Of a stretch of 52,683 bases of DNA, positions 16,049 through 24,935 are shown piece after piece. Position numbers and translations under genes: made by a program. How positions within the stretch are numbered: position 1 is the first letter of the stretch; each line of letters opens with the position of its first letter. The stretch is from an uncultured Candidatus Bathyarchaeia archaeon. GTDB lineage: Archaea; Thermoproteota; Bathyarchaeia; TCS64. Below the pieces are notes generated by a model, which saw only the letters and a list, made by a program, of their open reading frames with translations, was not told the DNA's origin and did not search any database. The DNA lies in the NCBI GenBank assembly GCA_964495055.1, contig CAZBUI010000001.1, forward strand, positions 1 through 52,683, written 5' to 3'.

Positions 16049-17629
16049 TTAATACAGTTTTTTCAGTATTTTTCCGTTCAAGGCACCAGTGTACTCCCCG
16101 TTGTCAATGGTTATCGCGCCGTTGACGATGACCGCGCTGATTCCTTCAGGGTAAACATGAGGGTTCTCGAAAGTACTCAGGTCCTTGACGTTCTCGAGGT
16201 CAAACACGGTTATGTCCGCCTTCATGCCTTCAAGCAGCAACCCCCTGTCCTGAAGCCCCATCCGAGAGGCGGGCATGGACGTCATACGCCTGACAGCCTC
16301 TTCGAGGGTAAGCACCTTTTCCTCCCTCACGTAGCGCCTGATGTACCGTGGAAACGCACCATAACACCTTGGGTGGGGCTTGCCGGCTCCAAGTGGGCCG
16401 AATGGGGCGAGCATCCAACCATCGCTACAGGGCATCACAGCGGGGTGCTGGACCATGGTTGTTACGTCCTCCTCGTTACCCCAGAAGGTCACGTTCATCG
16501 CCTCGGCTCGCTCGTCTATCAATATGTCACAGAACGTGTCCACTACATTTTGGGCTCGCTTCTCGGCTATTTTTTGGAGGCTCATGCCCTCGATGGGCTT
16601 GTTTTTCTCGCTCTTGACGAAGCTGACTATAAGCTTGTTGAAGTCTCTGCCGGTTTTTTCGAACTCCTCCGCGAGCCTCATCCTTACCTTGGGGTCCTTT
16701 AGGCGTTTCAGCATGGTCTGGACTCCTCCGACGTGGAGCCAAGCGGGGATTGCCTGTGTGAGCAGGGAGGATCCAAATGTATAGGGGTAGATATCAGCCG
16801 TGATGTCCACGCCTCCTTCTCTTGCCTCGTCAATCTTCCTTAGGGTGGTGGACTCGTGTCTGCCGTCCAGCTGTCTCTGGTGGCCACGGCTGTACCCGAT
16901 GTGGGATACTTGTATAGGGACGCCTGTGGTCTTTCCCAGCCTTATGGTGTCATCGAGGTTGGTCTCGTTATCCCTCATGTGGGTCGAGTAGAGTCCACCG
17001 TACTCCTTGATGACGTTCATCAGGTCTACAAGCTCCTTCTCACCGGTGAACATACCCGGAGGGTACCCCAACCCGGTGGATAATCCGTGGGCCCCGCTTT
17101 CCATTGCATCGACTAGGAGTTTCTTCATTGATTCGAACTCGTCCGCTGTGGGGGTTCTGTCCTCAAACCCCATTACGGCTATCCTGATGCTGCCGTGGCC
17201 GATGAAAGGCACCATGTTCAAGCTGACGGCGTCAAGCCTCGCCAAGAACTCGTCCATCGTCGACCAATCCCAGTCGATCCGGAGGCCGGAGGTGAACGGC
17301 AACAGGTACTCAATGAGGTCTTCCCTGTGCTCCGGCGTCAATGGATACATGCTGAGCCCGCAGTTGCCCATCGTGACAGTCGTTACTCCTTGATGGGCGA
17401 AGCTGAGACAAGCGGGGTTGCCGAGAACCGTATGGTCGGCGTGGATGTGGATATCGATCCAACCAGGCGATACCACGAGACCCGTAGCATCTATAACCCT
17501 CTCTGCATCGGATTCAGAGATAAGACCTATTCTTTTGATGGACTCGTCTGAGATCCCAACATCGGCTTTTCTCCATGGGCTACCGGTGCCATCGATGACC
17601 CGTCCACCCTTGACGAGAACGTCGTACAT
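16049..17629 (-). CDS. N-acyl-D-amino-acid deacylase (D-aminoacylase) family amidohydrolase
   Basis: The family N-terminus MYDVLVKGGRVIDGTGSPWRKADVGI begins at an internal ATG at 17629. Metal motif DIHIHADH. The C-terminal DRGLLLEGMKADITVFD is typical. The 59 codons upstream in the ORF track cross the promoter region and look non-coding. Confidence 0.85.
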   Translation of the reverse strand: MYDVLVKGGRVIDGTGSPWRKADVGISDESIKRIGLISESDAERVIDATGLVVSPGWIDIHIHADHTVLGNPACLSFAHQGVTTVTMGNCGLSMYPLTPEHREDLIEYLLPFTSGLRIDWDWSTMDEFLARLDAVSLNMVPFIGHGSIRIAVMGFEDRTPTADEFESMKKLLVDAMESGAHGLSTGLGYPPGMFTGEKELVDLMNVIKEYGGLYSTHMRDNETNLDDTIRLGKTTGVPIQVSHIGYSRGHQRQLDGRHESTTLRKIDEAREGGVDITADIYPYTFGSSLLTQAIPAWLHVGGVQTMLKRLKDPKVRMRLAEEFEKTGRDFNKLIVSFVKSEKNKPIEGMSLQKIAEKRAQNVVDTFCDILIDERAEAMNVTFWGNEEDVTTMVQHPAVMPCSDGWMLAPFGPLGAGKPHPRCYGAFPRYIRRYVREEKVLTLEEAVRRMTSMPASRMGLQDRGLLLEGMKADITVFDLENVKDLSTFENPHVYPEGISAVIVNGAITIDNGEYTGALNGKILKKLY

Positions 17630-17731
17630 GGAGACCGGTTTGTTGAAAACGTATTTAGATTTTAAGAAAAAGAGGTCTAATGGTGCGCGCATATTATTAT
17701 AGAAGAATCGAGAAATGCAGCAGCGATTGAG

Positions 17732-18270
17732 ATGGCTTTGCAGGAAAGCCCCACCATCGTCGTGATAACCACGCCCTTCGGAGACATAGAGGTCGAGATA
17801 TTCCATGACAGGGCTCCGGTAACCTCGGAGAACTTTCTCCGATACGTGGACGACGGCCTCCTCGACGGGACTACCTTCTTCAGGACCGTCACCATGGAGA
17901 ACCAGCCCGGCTCGGACGTGAAGATAGAGGTGATCCAGGGAGGCACGAAGCCCGAGGACGCCGCCTACCCCTCAAAGTACCCCCCGATCGAGCACGAGAC
18001 CACCGAGACAAAGGGGCTGAGCCACGTGGACGGAGCCGTCTCCATGGCGAGGTGGGCCCTGGGGACGGCGCCCTCCAGCTTCTTCATCTGCATCGGAGAC
18101 CAGCCCGAGCTGGACTACGGGGGCAATAGGAACCCGGATGGGCAGGGTTCGCGGCGTTCGGACTCGTCAGAAGCGGCATGGATGTGGTCAGGGAGATCCA
18201 TAGGCAGCCCCACGAGGGGCAAAGGCTTGAGCCTCCCATAGAGATAAAGCGCTGTAGACGCATCAGCTGA
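17732..18270 (+). pseudogene. Cyclophilin-type peptidyl-prolyl cis-trans isomerase, interrupted by a 1-nt frameshift near 18146-18148
   Basis: Frame A reads TPFGDIEVEIFHDRAPVTSENFLRYV...SMARW...SSFFICIGDQPELDYGGNRNPDGQG and then turns to nonsense. The adjacent frame continues with the expected FAAFGLVRSGMDVVREIHRQPHEGQRLEPPIEIKR and stops at TGA 18268-18270. Confidence 0.8.
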
Positions 18271-18331
18271 CGCCTCTTTATCCCCCGCAGAGACTGGCAC
18301 CCCTTAAAGCCTCAGAGACGTCCATAGGATC

Positions 18332-19366
18332 ATGAGGATCGGCGTCCCCCCGTGGCTCGCCCTGCTGCTCCTGGCGCCGGCCATGGGCGAGCTCCTCTCG
18401 GGCTCGGCGCCCCCGGCCGAGTTCTTCCAGCCCTTCGGTTTCACCATCCTCGTGGCCCTATACGGCTGCGGGGCCCTGGTTTGCAGGGAGCTCAAGGTGC
18501 GGTGGAGGAAGGGCGTGGGCACCCTGGTGCTGTTGGGGTGCGGCTACGGCGTCCTCGAGGAGGCCCTCATGGTCGCCAGCTTCTACAACCCCGCGTGGAT
18601 GGCCCTCGGCGTCCTTGCGGGCTTCGGTCGGGCCTGGGGCGTGAACTGGGTCTGGGCGGTGGAGCTCACCATGTACCACGCCCTCTTCAGCGTGGTGACG
18701 CCGGTGCTCCTCGTGGAGCTAGCCTACCCGTCCCGCAAGTCGGAGCCATGGCTCACCGATAGGCGGCTCAAGGTAGTGGCCGCCGTCCTGCTCCTAGACG
18801 TCGTGGCTGGGTTCATCTTCTTCGGCTCGATGCTGGGTTTCTGGCCCCCAGCGGCCCAGTACCTCCTAGGGGTAGCCGTCACGCTGGGGTTCGTGTACGC
18901 GGCCAATCGCCTGCCAAGCGACTGGGCGAGAAGGGGACGCAGACCCATGCGCCGTCCCGCCTTCTACACGGCGGTGGGCTTCTTCGCGGCCCTGGCGTCC
19001 GCGCTGACGTTCGGGTGGCTTCCTTCCATATCAGACAGCTTATTCCACCCGCTTCTGGTTTGCGTGGTGGGCGTCGCCGTGGTCTACGGCGTAGTCAGTT
19101 ACCTCGCGGGCTTCGAGTGGCGGAAAGCCAGGAGGAGCCACCTCATGGGGCTCGTCTCGGGCCCGGTGCTGCTCTTCATACTCGTGTCACCCATCCAGGA
19201 GCTCGACTCGTCGAGACCCGACGACACCTCAGGCATGATCATCGTCGGGGCCGCGTTCCTGCTCCTCCTCGCTTTGCTATGGCTGAAGATCAGAAGAAAC
19301 GATACCCACCTATCAATGATCACGACGGAGACCGATGAACCTGAAGAACCAAAAGAATTCGAATAG
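18332..19366 (+). CDS. Polytopic integral membrane protein (hypothetical)
   Basis: 344 aa with about 8-9 hydrophobic helices and an acidic C-terminal tail. I recognised no family motif. Confidence 0.6.
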   Translation: MRIGVPPWLALLLLAPAMGELLSGSAPPAEFFQPFGFTILVALYGCGALVCRELKVRWRKGVGTLVLLGCGYGVLEEALMVASFYNPAWMALGVLAGFGRAWGVNWVWAVELTMYHALFSVVTPVLLVELAYPSRKSEPWLTDRRLKVVAAVLLLDVVAGFIFFGSMLGFWPPAAQYLLGVAVTLGFVYAANRLPSDWARRGRRPMRRPAFYTAVGFFAALASALTFGWLPSISDSLFHPLLVCVVGVAVVYGVVSYLAGFEWRKARRSHLMGLVSGPVLLFILVSPIQELDSSRPDDTSGMIIVGAAFLLLLALLWLKIRRNDTHLSMITTETDEPEEPKEFE

Positions 19367-19383
19367 AGTAGGGAAGTCTTCGG

Positions 19384-19581
19384 CTAACCGTCCTCGTACC
19401 GGAAGATATCCTCTATGGTCGTGTCGAAGTAGCGGGCCAGCTTGAACGCCAGCTCGAGGCTGGGGTTGTACTTGCCGGACTCGACGGCGTGGATGGTCTG
19501 ACGTGTCACCTCCAGCTCCTCGGCCAGCTGCTCCTGCGTCAACTCCTTCATCGCCCTCAGCACCTTCAGGGTGTTCTCCAA
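19384..19581 (-). CDS. XRE-family helix-turn-helix transcriptional regulator (65 aa)
   Basis: LRAMKELTQEQLAEELEVTRQTIHAVESGKYNPSLELAFKLARYF is the canonical short Cro/C1 HTH of the YozG-like class. Confidence 0.9.
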   Translation of the reverse strand: MENTLKVLRAMKELTQEQLAEELEVTRQTIHAVESGKYNPSLELAFKLARYFDTTIEDIFRYEDG

Positions 19582-19585
19582 CGGG

Positions 19586-19972
19586 TCAGCCTCCCATCTG
19601 GTTCTTGTAGTACCAGTTGAAGAACGCGTTAACGCCTAGAATGATGTTGGCCAGGAACGCCAGCATGTACCCCAGCTCTTTGTTCGCCGTGTACCCCAGG
19701 TAACTGGCCTCGACTAACCCTATACCGACCACCGCCAGCGAGACGGTCACCAGCCCCAGGGTGGCGTTGGCCGCCTTCTCCTTGACTAACTTGGTTCTCT
19801 CGTCGTAGAGTACATCGTCCACCCTCCTCTTGGCTATGATCAGCACCACCATCCCCAGCAGTACCCCGCCTAGGGCCAGCGACCAAGTGTTCCATAGGAC
19901 GCTCACCGCCATCGTTATGCCTATGAGTGCCGCTACCGCGGCTCTTATCCTGTTGTATGTTTCCTTATCCAT
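19586..19972 (-). CDS. Small four-helix membrane protein (DUF2178-like) encoded upstream of the XRE regulator
   Basis: 128 aa. Hydrophobic helices flank a cytoplasmic YDERTKLVKEKAANAT loop. The gap to the XRE gene is 4 nt. The same two-gene architecture recurs at 44298-44914. Confidence 0.7.
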   Translation of the reverse strand: MDKETYNRIRAAVAALIGITMAVSVLWNTWSLALGGVLLGMVVLIIAKRRVDDVLYDERTKLVKEKAANATLGLVTVSLAVVGIGLVEASYLGYTANKELGYMLAFLANIILGVNAFFNWYYKNQMGG

Positions 19973-19980
19973 ACCTCATC

Positions 19981-20042
19981 ATGTAAAGTATACTTTACAT
20001 TTTGTAATATATACTTTACTAATTGTAAATTAATCTTTACAA
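19981..20042. promoter_or_regulatory. Three phased inverted-repeat operators (TGTAAA-N6-TTTACA) overlapping the promoter of the 19972<-19384 operon
   Basis: 19982-19999 tgtaaagtatactttaca lies within a perfect 20-bp palindrome at 19981-20000. 20003-20020 is tgtaatatatactttact. 20024-20041 is tgtaaattaatctttaca. Centres are exactly 21 bp apart. Confidence 0.55.
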
Positions 20043-20289
20043 TGGATGGTGTTGGTCCAGACAGCCAACACAAAACCACCAACTGCAGCCCATGGAACCC
20101 ACTCGAGCCAGACGCCCCTGACGCGGTAAGCCCAGGCAAGGCATAATCCACGCGCAGCATAGACAGCCTTTGATCGAGCCCAGTATCTACACACTATAAG
20201 TAAATATTATATACATAGTATATACAGTGAGATCGGGTTCCGTTGAGGCCCATGAGCCGGATGCGGAGCCTTCTAAGGAAGGAAAAGAA

Positions 20290-20562
20290 ATGGGAAAATT
20301 CGCGTATTACATAGTATATGGAAACATAGCCCCCAAGGAAGGCATGACGATAGAGGACGGCTTCAAGAAAATAGAGAAAGAGCTGAAGAAACATGGCTTG
20401 GAGCTAGCGTTCTGGGGCCACCCGTGGGGAACCACTGAGGACACGGTCTACGTCATCAAGGGAGACATAGACAAGTACGAGGCGTTGATGCTGAAGGAGA
20501 AATACTCCGAGGCAACGTCCATCGTCACCAACCAGAAGACACACATAGTGTACGTCAGGTGA
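20290..20562 (+). CDS. Small soluble hypothetical protein (90 aa)
   Basis: The ATG at 20290 is preceded by GGAAGGAAAAG. The protein MGKFAYYIVYGNIAPKEG...WGHPWGTTEDTVYVIKGD looks like a small alpha+beta protein. The AT-rich palindrome tatatac-ata-gtatata (20208-20224) upstream is a TATA candidate. Confidence 0.55.
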   Translation: MGKFAYYIVYGNIAPKEGMTIEDGFKKIEKELKKHGLELAFWGHPWGTTEDTVYVIKGDIDKYEALMLKEKYSEATSIVTNQKTHIVYVR

Positions 20563-20679
20563 GTCGTCCACCCTCGTCAAAAACGTGAAAGAAATACTGG
20601 CACCTTCATACGCCTAACCACATTTTTTCCGTATGTTCAAGAGTGAAACCCTTATCCGGACGCCTCCGAGAGACAGTAC

Positions 20680-21174
20680 GTGAGCGACATGACCCTAGAC
20701 CAGTACGAGTACGGGGTATGCGGCGTCTACTGCGGCCAGTGCCCCAGCGGGAACGGCAGGGTGAGGTACGCCGCTGGAGAGCTCAAACGCCTCGTGGACA
20801 CAACCCGGTACGGCTGGCTCGAGGAAGCCGTCAACAGCTTCAGCTTCAGCGAGTTCAGGAAGGGCCTGGAGTGGTTCAGCCAGGCGCAGTGCCAGGGCTG
20901 CCTCGGCGGAGGTGGTGCCCCCTGCCGGAACCGGGGGTGCGCCGAAGAGAAGGGGCTCCGGAGCTGCCTGGAGTGCGGCGACTATCTCGTCTGCAACCAC
21001 ACCGAGTACGTGAGGGACACGTACCCCTTTGTGGTAGACAACTACCGGCGCGTAGGGGAGGTGGGTCTGGAGAAGCATCTAGAGGAGGAGGAGCAGCGGG
21101 CCAGAGCCGGCGTAGACCTCATGGGCCACCTAGAGCGAAGGTACTGCAAAACAGTGGAGCTAGAGGACGAGTGA
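20680..21174 (+). CDS. Cys-rich DUF3795-like protein
   Basis: 164 aa. YGVCGVYCGQCPSG at the N-terminus, plus CQGC...CRNRGC...CLECGDYLVC. The start may be the ATG at 20689. The stop TGA overlaps the GTG start of the next gene (GTGA). Confidence 0.7.
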   Translation: MSDMTLDQYEYGVCGVYCGQCPSGNGRVRYAAGELKRLVDTTRYGWLEEAVNSFSFSEFRKGLEWFSQAQCQGCLGGGGAPCRNRGCAEEKGLRSCLECGDYLVCNHTEYVRDTYPFVVDNYRRVGEVGLEKHLEEEEQRARAGVDLMGHLERRYCKTVELEDE

Positions 21175-22718
21175 CTCTCACCCTCGAAGAGAAGATAGGC
21201 CAGATGCTCGTCGTCGGCTTCCACGGCCACGAGCCGCCGCAACACATACTGGACTGGCTCAGGGAGGGGCGCATCAGCGGAGTCATCCTATTCGCCCGCA
21301 ACATAGACACCCCGGGGCAGGTAGCCGAGCTCACCGGGGCCCTCCACGAAGCAGTCAGGCGGCCCATACTCGTCGCCATCGACCAGGAGGGCGGCGTGGT
21401 GGCCCGGCTCCGAGAGGGCTTCACCGAGAGCCCGGGAGCCATGGCCCTGGGCGCCGCCGACGACCCCAAGCTCACCGAGGAGGTCTCCGTGGTCCTGGCC
21501 ACGGAGATGCGGGCCCTGGGCATCAACTGGAACCTGGCGCCGGCCATCGACCTCACCCACGACATCCGCAACCCAAGCGTCGGCGTCCGCAGCCTGGGCT
21601 CGGACCCGGTGCACGTCAGGCGGCACGCGTTGGCACAGGTGAGAGGCTTCCAGAGCGCTGGAGTAGCGGCCACCGCCAAACACTTCCCCTGCAAGGCTAA
21701 CACGCCGGTGGACCCCCACGTGAAGCTCCCCGTCATAGAGGGGCTTCTCGACGACATGTGGGACACCAACCTCGTCTCCTTCCGCGCCGTCTGCGACGCC
21801 GGCGTCGCCGCCGTGATGATCACCCACGTCCAGTTCAAGGCCCTGGAGCCGGTGTACCCCAGCACCCTCAGCCCAGCCATTATACAGGGTCTTCTACGCC
21901 GGGACATTGGCTACAGGGGCCTCGTCACCACGGACTGCATGGAGATGAAGGCCGTCACCGACGCCTACGGCCCCGGCGAGTCCGCCGTCCAGGCGGCCAA
22001 GGCCGGCGCCAACCTCATCCTCTTCAGCCACACCCGGGAGCACCAGGAGGCCGCCTACGACGCCCTGCTGGACGCCGCACGCACGGGGCGCCTGCCCATA
22101 GAGAGGGTGGACAGCTCCGTCGCCCGGATAAACGAGGTGAAGGAGCGCTTCGCCTCCGGTGGTCGGCCGCCCCTCACCGTGATCCGGCGGCCGAGCCACC
22201 TGGAAACCGTGGAGAGGGCGGCGAGGGCGGGAACCGTGCTCCTGAGGGGCAAGCCCAGCCTGCTGCCGCTCATGCCGGAGGCTCGGGTCGCTGTGATCGA
22301 GTTCGCGTCGAGCCTCGAAAAGGATGCCGTGGAGCAGGGAATGGAGACGGCTTTCGTCAAGCATCTAAGAGACAGGCAGCTCATCGTGGAGGCCGTATCG
22401 GTTGACCCGTCAGTGCCCACCGAGGGGCAGCTTGAGCAGGCCCAGAGGCTCGCCGAGGACGCGGAGACGCTGGTCTTGGCTACGCGGAACGCGCACCTGT
22501 ACCCGGCTCAGCTGGAGGCGGCCCAGAATCTGCTCTCCGTAGGGAAGCCCTGCATACTGGTCTGCCTGCGTAACCCCTACGACGCGGGAGCCTTAGACGC
22601 CAGTGCCGTTCTCCTCACCCTCGGGGACGCGGCGCCCTCCCTCGAGGCCGCCGCCGAGGCCCTCGTGGGCGGCTATGAGCTGGCGGGCAGGCTGCATGTT
22701 CCCCTCACCATGAGCTGA
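21171..22718 (+). CDS. Glycoside hydrolase family 3 (NagZ-like beta-N-acetylhexosaminidase type, two-domain)
   Basis: GTG start gives VTLTLEEKIGQMLVVGFHG. The protein carries GVILFARNI, DQEGGVVARL, NWNLAPAIDL, AKHFP...DPH and the nucleophile region VTTDCMEMKAV. The 176 codons upstream in the ORF track are Arg/Pro-rich and out of frame with the DUF3795 gene, so I treat them as non-coding. Confidence 0.85.
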   Translation: MTLTLEEKIGQMLVVGFHGHEPPQHILDWLREGRISGVILFARNIDTPGQVAELTGALHEAVRRPILVAIDQEGGVVARLREGFTESPGAMALGAADDPKLTEEVSVVLATEMRALGINWNLAPAIDLTHDIRNPSVGVRSLGSDPVHVRRHALAQVRGFQSAGVAATAKHFPCKANTPVDPHVKLPVIEGLLDDMWDTNLVSFRAVCDAGVAAVMITHVQFKALEPVYPSTLSPAIIQGLLRRDIGYRGLVTTDCMEMKAVTDAYGPGESAVQAAKAGANLILFSHTREHQEAAYDALLDAARTGRLPIERVDSSVARINEVKERFASGGRPPLTVIRRPSHLETVERAARAGTVLLRGKPSLLPLMPEARVAVIEFASSLEKDAVEQGMETAFVKHLRDRQLIVEAVSVDPSVPTEGQLEQAQRLAEDAETLVLATRNAHLYPAQLEAAQNLLSVGKPCILVCLRNPYDAGALDASAVLLTLGDAAPSLEAAAEALVGGYELAGRLHVPLTMS

Positions 22719-22767
22719 GGCCCATGGTGAAGCCGAGAACACATCCCCGGACAACCTGAGCCGATAA

Positions 22768-23523
22768 TCACCGCCGTCTCCCTGACCCGCACCACGTCTT
22801 TACCGAGGCTGGCACTTCATCGTCCCTCATGGCTCTCGTTAACAACCCAAGGCGAGACCCCTCCACAGCCCTCAGCGCAGGGAACACGCAGAGCAGCGTC
22901 AAGAGGACCAGATCCAGAACCGCGAAAGATTTTTCGCCGCTGTAGAACGCCAGAAAATCCGGGACATAGACGCCCAAACCGCCGCCGCTGAGTGAGACCA
23001 ATCCCCTCCCGACGAAATCGGCTAGATCGGTTAAGGTCAACGTGGCGATCATGATATACACTGGGCCTAGCCTGATGGCTGGCTTCGTGATCAGTCACCC
23101 CAATGCGGCTCCGAAGATAAATGAGGCAGCCAACGTGAAGGTGATGAAGCCGAGGCATAGAAGCGGCCTGGACTCGAGGAACTCGTTAGCCAAAGCGACG
23201 TTCTGCTCGTTGTTGCAGACCCAGCCGCTTTCAGACGCGTATGGAAGAAGCTCGACCCCAGCTGCCTCGGTGGCGGTGAAGGCAAGTCGTGCAGACAAAG
23301 CACTGACTGTGCACCATCCCGCCATGAAGGGCACGGAGCTCCTTAGAAAAGGGATACCCGCCTTCCTGTACATGAAGCCCAGCGACAGAGCCACGATGGC
23401 CACCAAGCCATAGTACATCGAGGCATCGACCAGAAAACGTGTCTGCAGAGACATCGAGACTAGGCCACTGAGGGGCTCCATCATGACCGTCATGACTCCT
23501 TGCCGCCGCTCAGGAGCATACAT
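22768..23523 (-). pseudogene. Remnant of a LivM-type branched-chain amino acid ABC permease (in-frame TGA, 3'-truncated)
   Basis: ORFs 23095-23523 and 22768-23061 are in the same frame, separated by TGA at 23095-23097. The joined sequence ...FIFGAALG*LITKPAIRLGPVYIMIATLTLTDLADFVGRGLVSLSGGGLGVYVP...SRLGLLTRAMRDDEVPAS follows the LivM pattern (LRLRG-Y-A-TL, TGG-GL-IP, GRA-RA-RE-E). It stops about 130 aa short of a full permease. No partner liv genes are adjacent. Confidence 0.6.
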
Positions 23524-23560
23524 CGTTTAGGGTTACTTTTATGTATCCGTTGAGAGGGGG

Positions 23561-24838
23561 CTAGATGATGAACTCCTCGCGTTCGACCCTGCGGGACCGG
23601 ACCCCCAGGTCGGCGACCCTGAAACCGCGGCCCCCGTACAGCTCCGCCTCGGGCTCCCCCACGTAGAGGGCGGCGGCTACTCGGCCCAGGGCGTCGCTCT
23701 TCATGATGCCGCTACCGCTTGCCGCCCCCACGTATATCATGCCGGGAGCCGGGGCGACGACGGGGATGCCGTCGTAGCCGTTGATGGCGTACTGGCCCGC
23801 CCACATGTTCATGGGCCTTACGTCCTTGAAGCACGGCAGATACTCCACAAGAACGTGGTATATGTCGTCCGTGTAGTAGCTCTCCTCCGGCTGGGGGTCG
23901 TCCTCCAGGCCGAAGCGGCGGCCCAAGTTGTCGGCGCAGCCCACCCATATGCTACCCTCCGAGACCTCGGCCTTCAGGTACACCCCCGACTTGGGGAGCA
24001 CCGTCAGCGGCAGGGCGCCCAGCTCGTTGAGCCCCTTCACCTCGAAGAGGCCGCATAGCCGGGGGTCCTTGAACACGAATATGTGCCTCTTCTTGGGCCT
24101 CATCATGGCGTCGAACCCTATAGGGTCCAAGAGCATCTCGGCCCAGGCGCCGGTGGCCACCACCGTGGTGCCCGCCCTGATCTCCCCCCTGCTGGTCTCG
24201 GCGCCCTTCACGGCGGCGTTCTGCCAGACGAAGGGCTCGCCGGGTATCCCCAGCGCCTCCTCGGGCTCAAGGATCAGCCTCTCGGCCCAGGCGCCGTAGA
24301 CCACCTCGCCCCCCGCCTCGAGGAACATGCGCTCGTAGCACCGGACTAGGGAGTCGGCGTCTATGCTGCCGCACTTGACGCCCTGCATGGCCACGTCCAC
24401 GGGCTCTAGGCCCAGGATCTCGGCCTCCTCGCTGCCATTGAAGTCGGTGACGAGGCCCGGTATCATGTCGGTGAGGCCCTCGTCGAAGAACCGCAACTCC
24501 ACGCCCAGCCGGACCATGGAGTCGAGGACTGGCTTGAGGCGGCGGTGCCGCTCCTCGCTGAACAGCCAGAGGTAGCCGATGTGCTCCAGCTTCAGGTCGT
24601 AGCCCAGGTCGCGCTGGAAGTGGCTGAACGCATCGATGGTCGAGTCCGCCAGGAGGTAGTTGGTCTTAGAGGTGAAGACGTTCCTGAAAGCGCCCTCGCT
24701 CTTGGCGCTGTTCCCCTGCCCCGGGCCGCCGAGCCTGTCAATGAGGATGATCTTGTCGTCTGGCCTCCTCCTCTTCATGTGGTACGCCGAGCTGAAGCCG
24801 AGGACGCCTCCGCCGACAACCAGTACATCAGTCTCCAT
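23561..24838 (-). CDS. FAD-dependent oxidoreductase, DAO family (sarcosine / D-amino-acid / glycine oxidase-like)
   Basis: 425 aa with N-terminal DVLVVGGGVLGFSSAYHM dinucleotide fold and C-terminal VGAASGSGIMKSDALG. Confidence 0.85.
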   Translation of the reverse strand: METDVLVVGGGVLGFSSAYHMKRRRPDDKIILIDRLGGPGQGNSAKSEGAFRNVFTSKTNYLLADSTIDAFSHFQRDLGYDLKLEHIGYLWLFSEERHRRLKPVLDSMVRLGVELRFFDEGLTDMIPGLVTDFNGSEEAEILGLEPVDVAMQGVKCGSIDADSLVRCYERMFLEAGGEVVYGAWAERLILEPEEALGIPGEPFVWQNAAVKGAETSRGEIRAGTTVVATGAWAEMLLDPIGFDAMMRPKKRHIFVFKDPRLCGLFEVKGLNELGALPLTVLPKSGVYLKAEVSEGSIWVGCADNLGRRFGLEDDPQPEESYYTDDIYHVLVEYLPCFKDVRPMNMWAGQYAINGYDGIPVVAPAPGMIYVGAASGSGIMKSDALGRVAAALYVGEPEAELYGGRGFRVADLGVRSRRVEREEFII

Positions 24839-24935
24839 GTATCGATCCCCAAATATAGCGTAATTTAATTGACGCAGTTACCTCCTCGATATATAACGTT
24901 TAGGAGCCGCCGGGGCTGGTCGAATCGACGAACGC

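Noticed and set aside
17630-17806. N-terminal extensions in the ORF track for the D-aminoacylase (59 codons), the translin gene (44902-45096), the second XRE gene (44508-44609) and the second membrane protein (44915-44947).
   Set aside because: The family N-termini begin at internal ATGs, which are preceded by purine-rich motifs or are coupled to upstream stops. The extensions run through AT-rich promoter DNA or through the upstream gene.
20643-21170. The 176-codon N-terminal extension that makes the GH3 ORF 691 aa long.
   Set aside because: It runs out of frame across the Cys-rich DUF3795-like gene and is Arg/Pro/Gly-rich. The conserved GH3 N-terminus (TLEEKIGQMLVVGFHG) starts right at the GTG at 21171, which overlaps the upstream stop.
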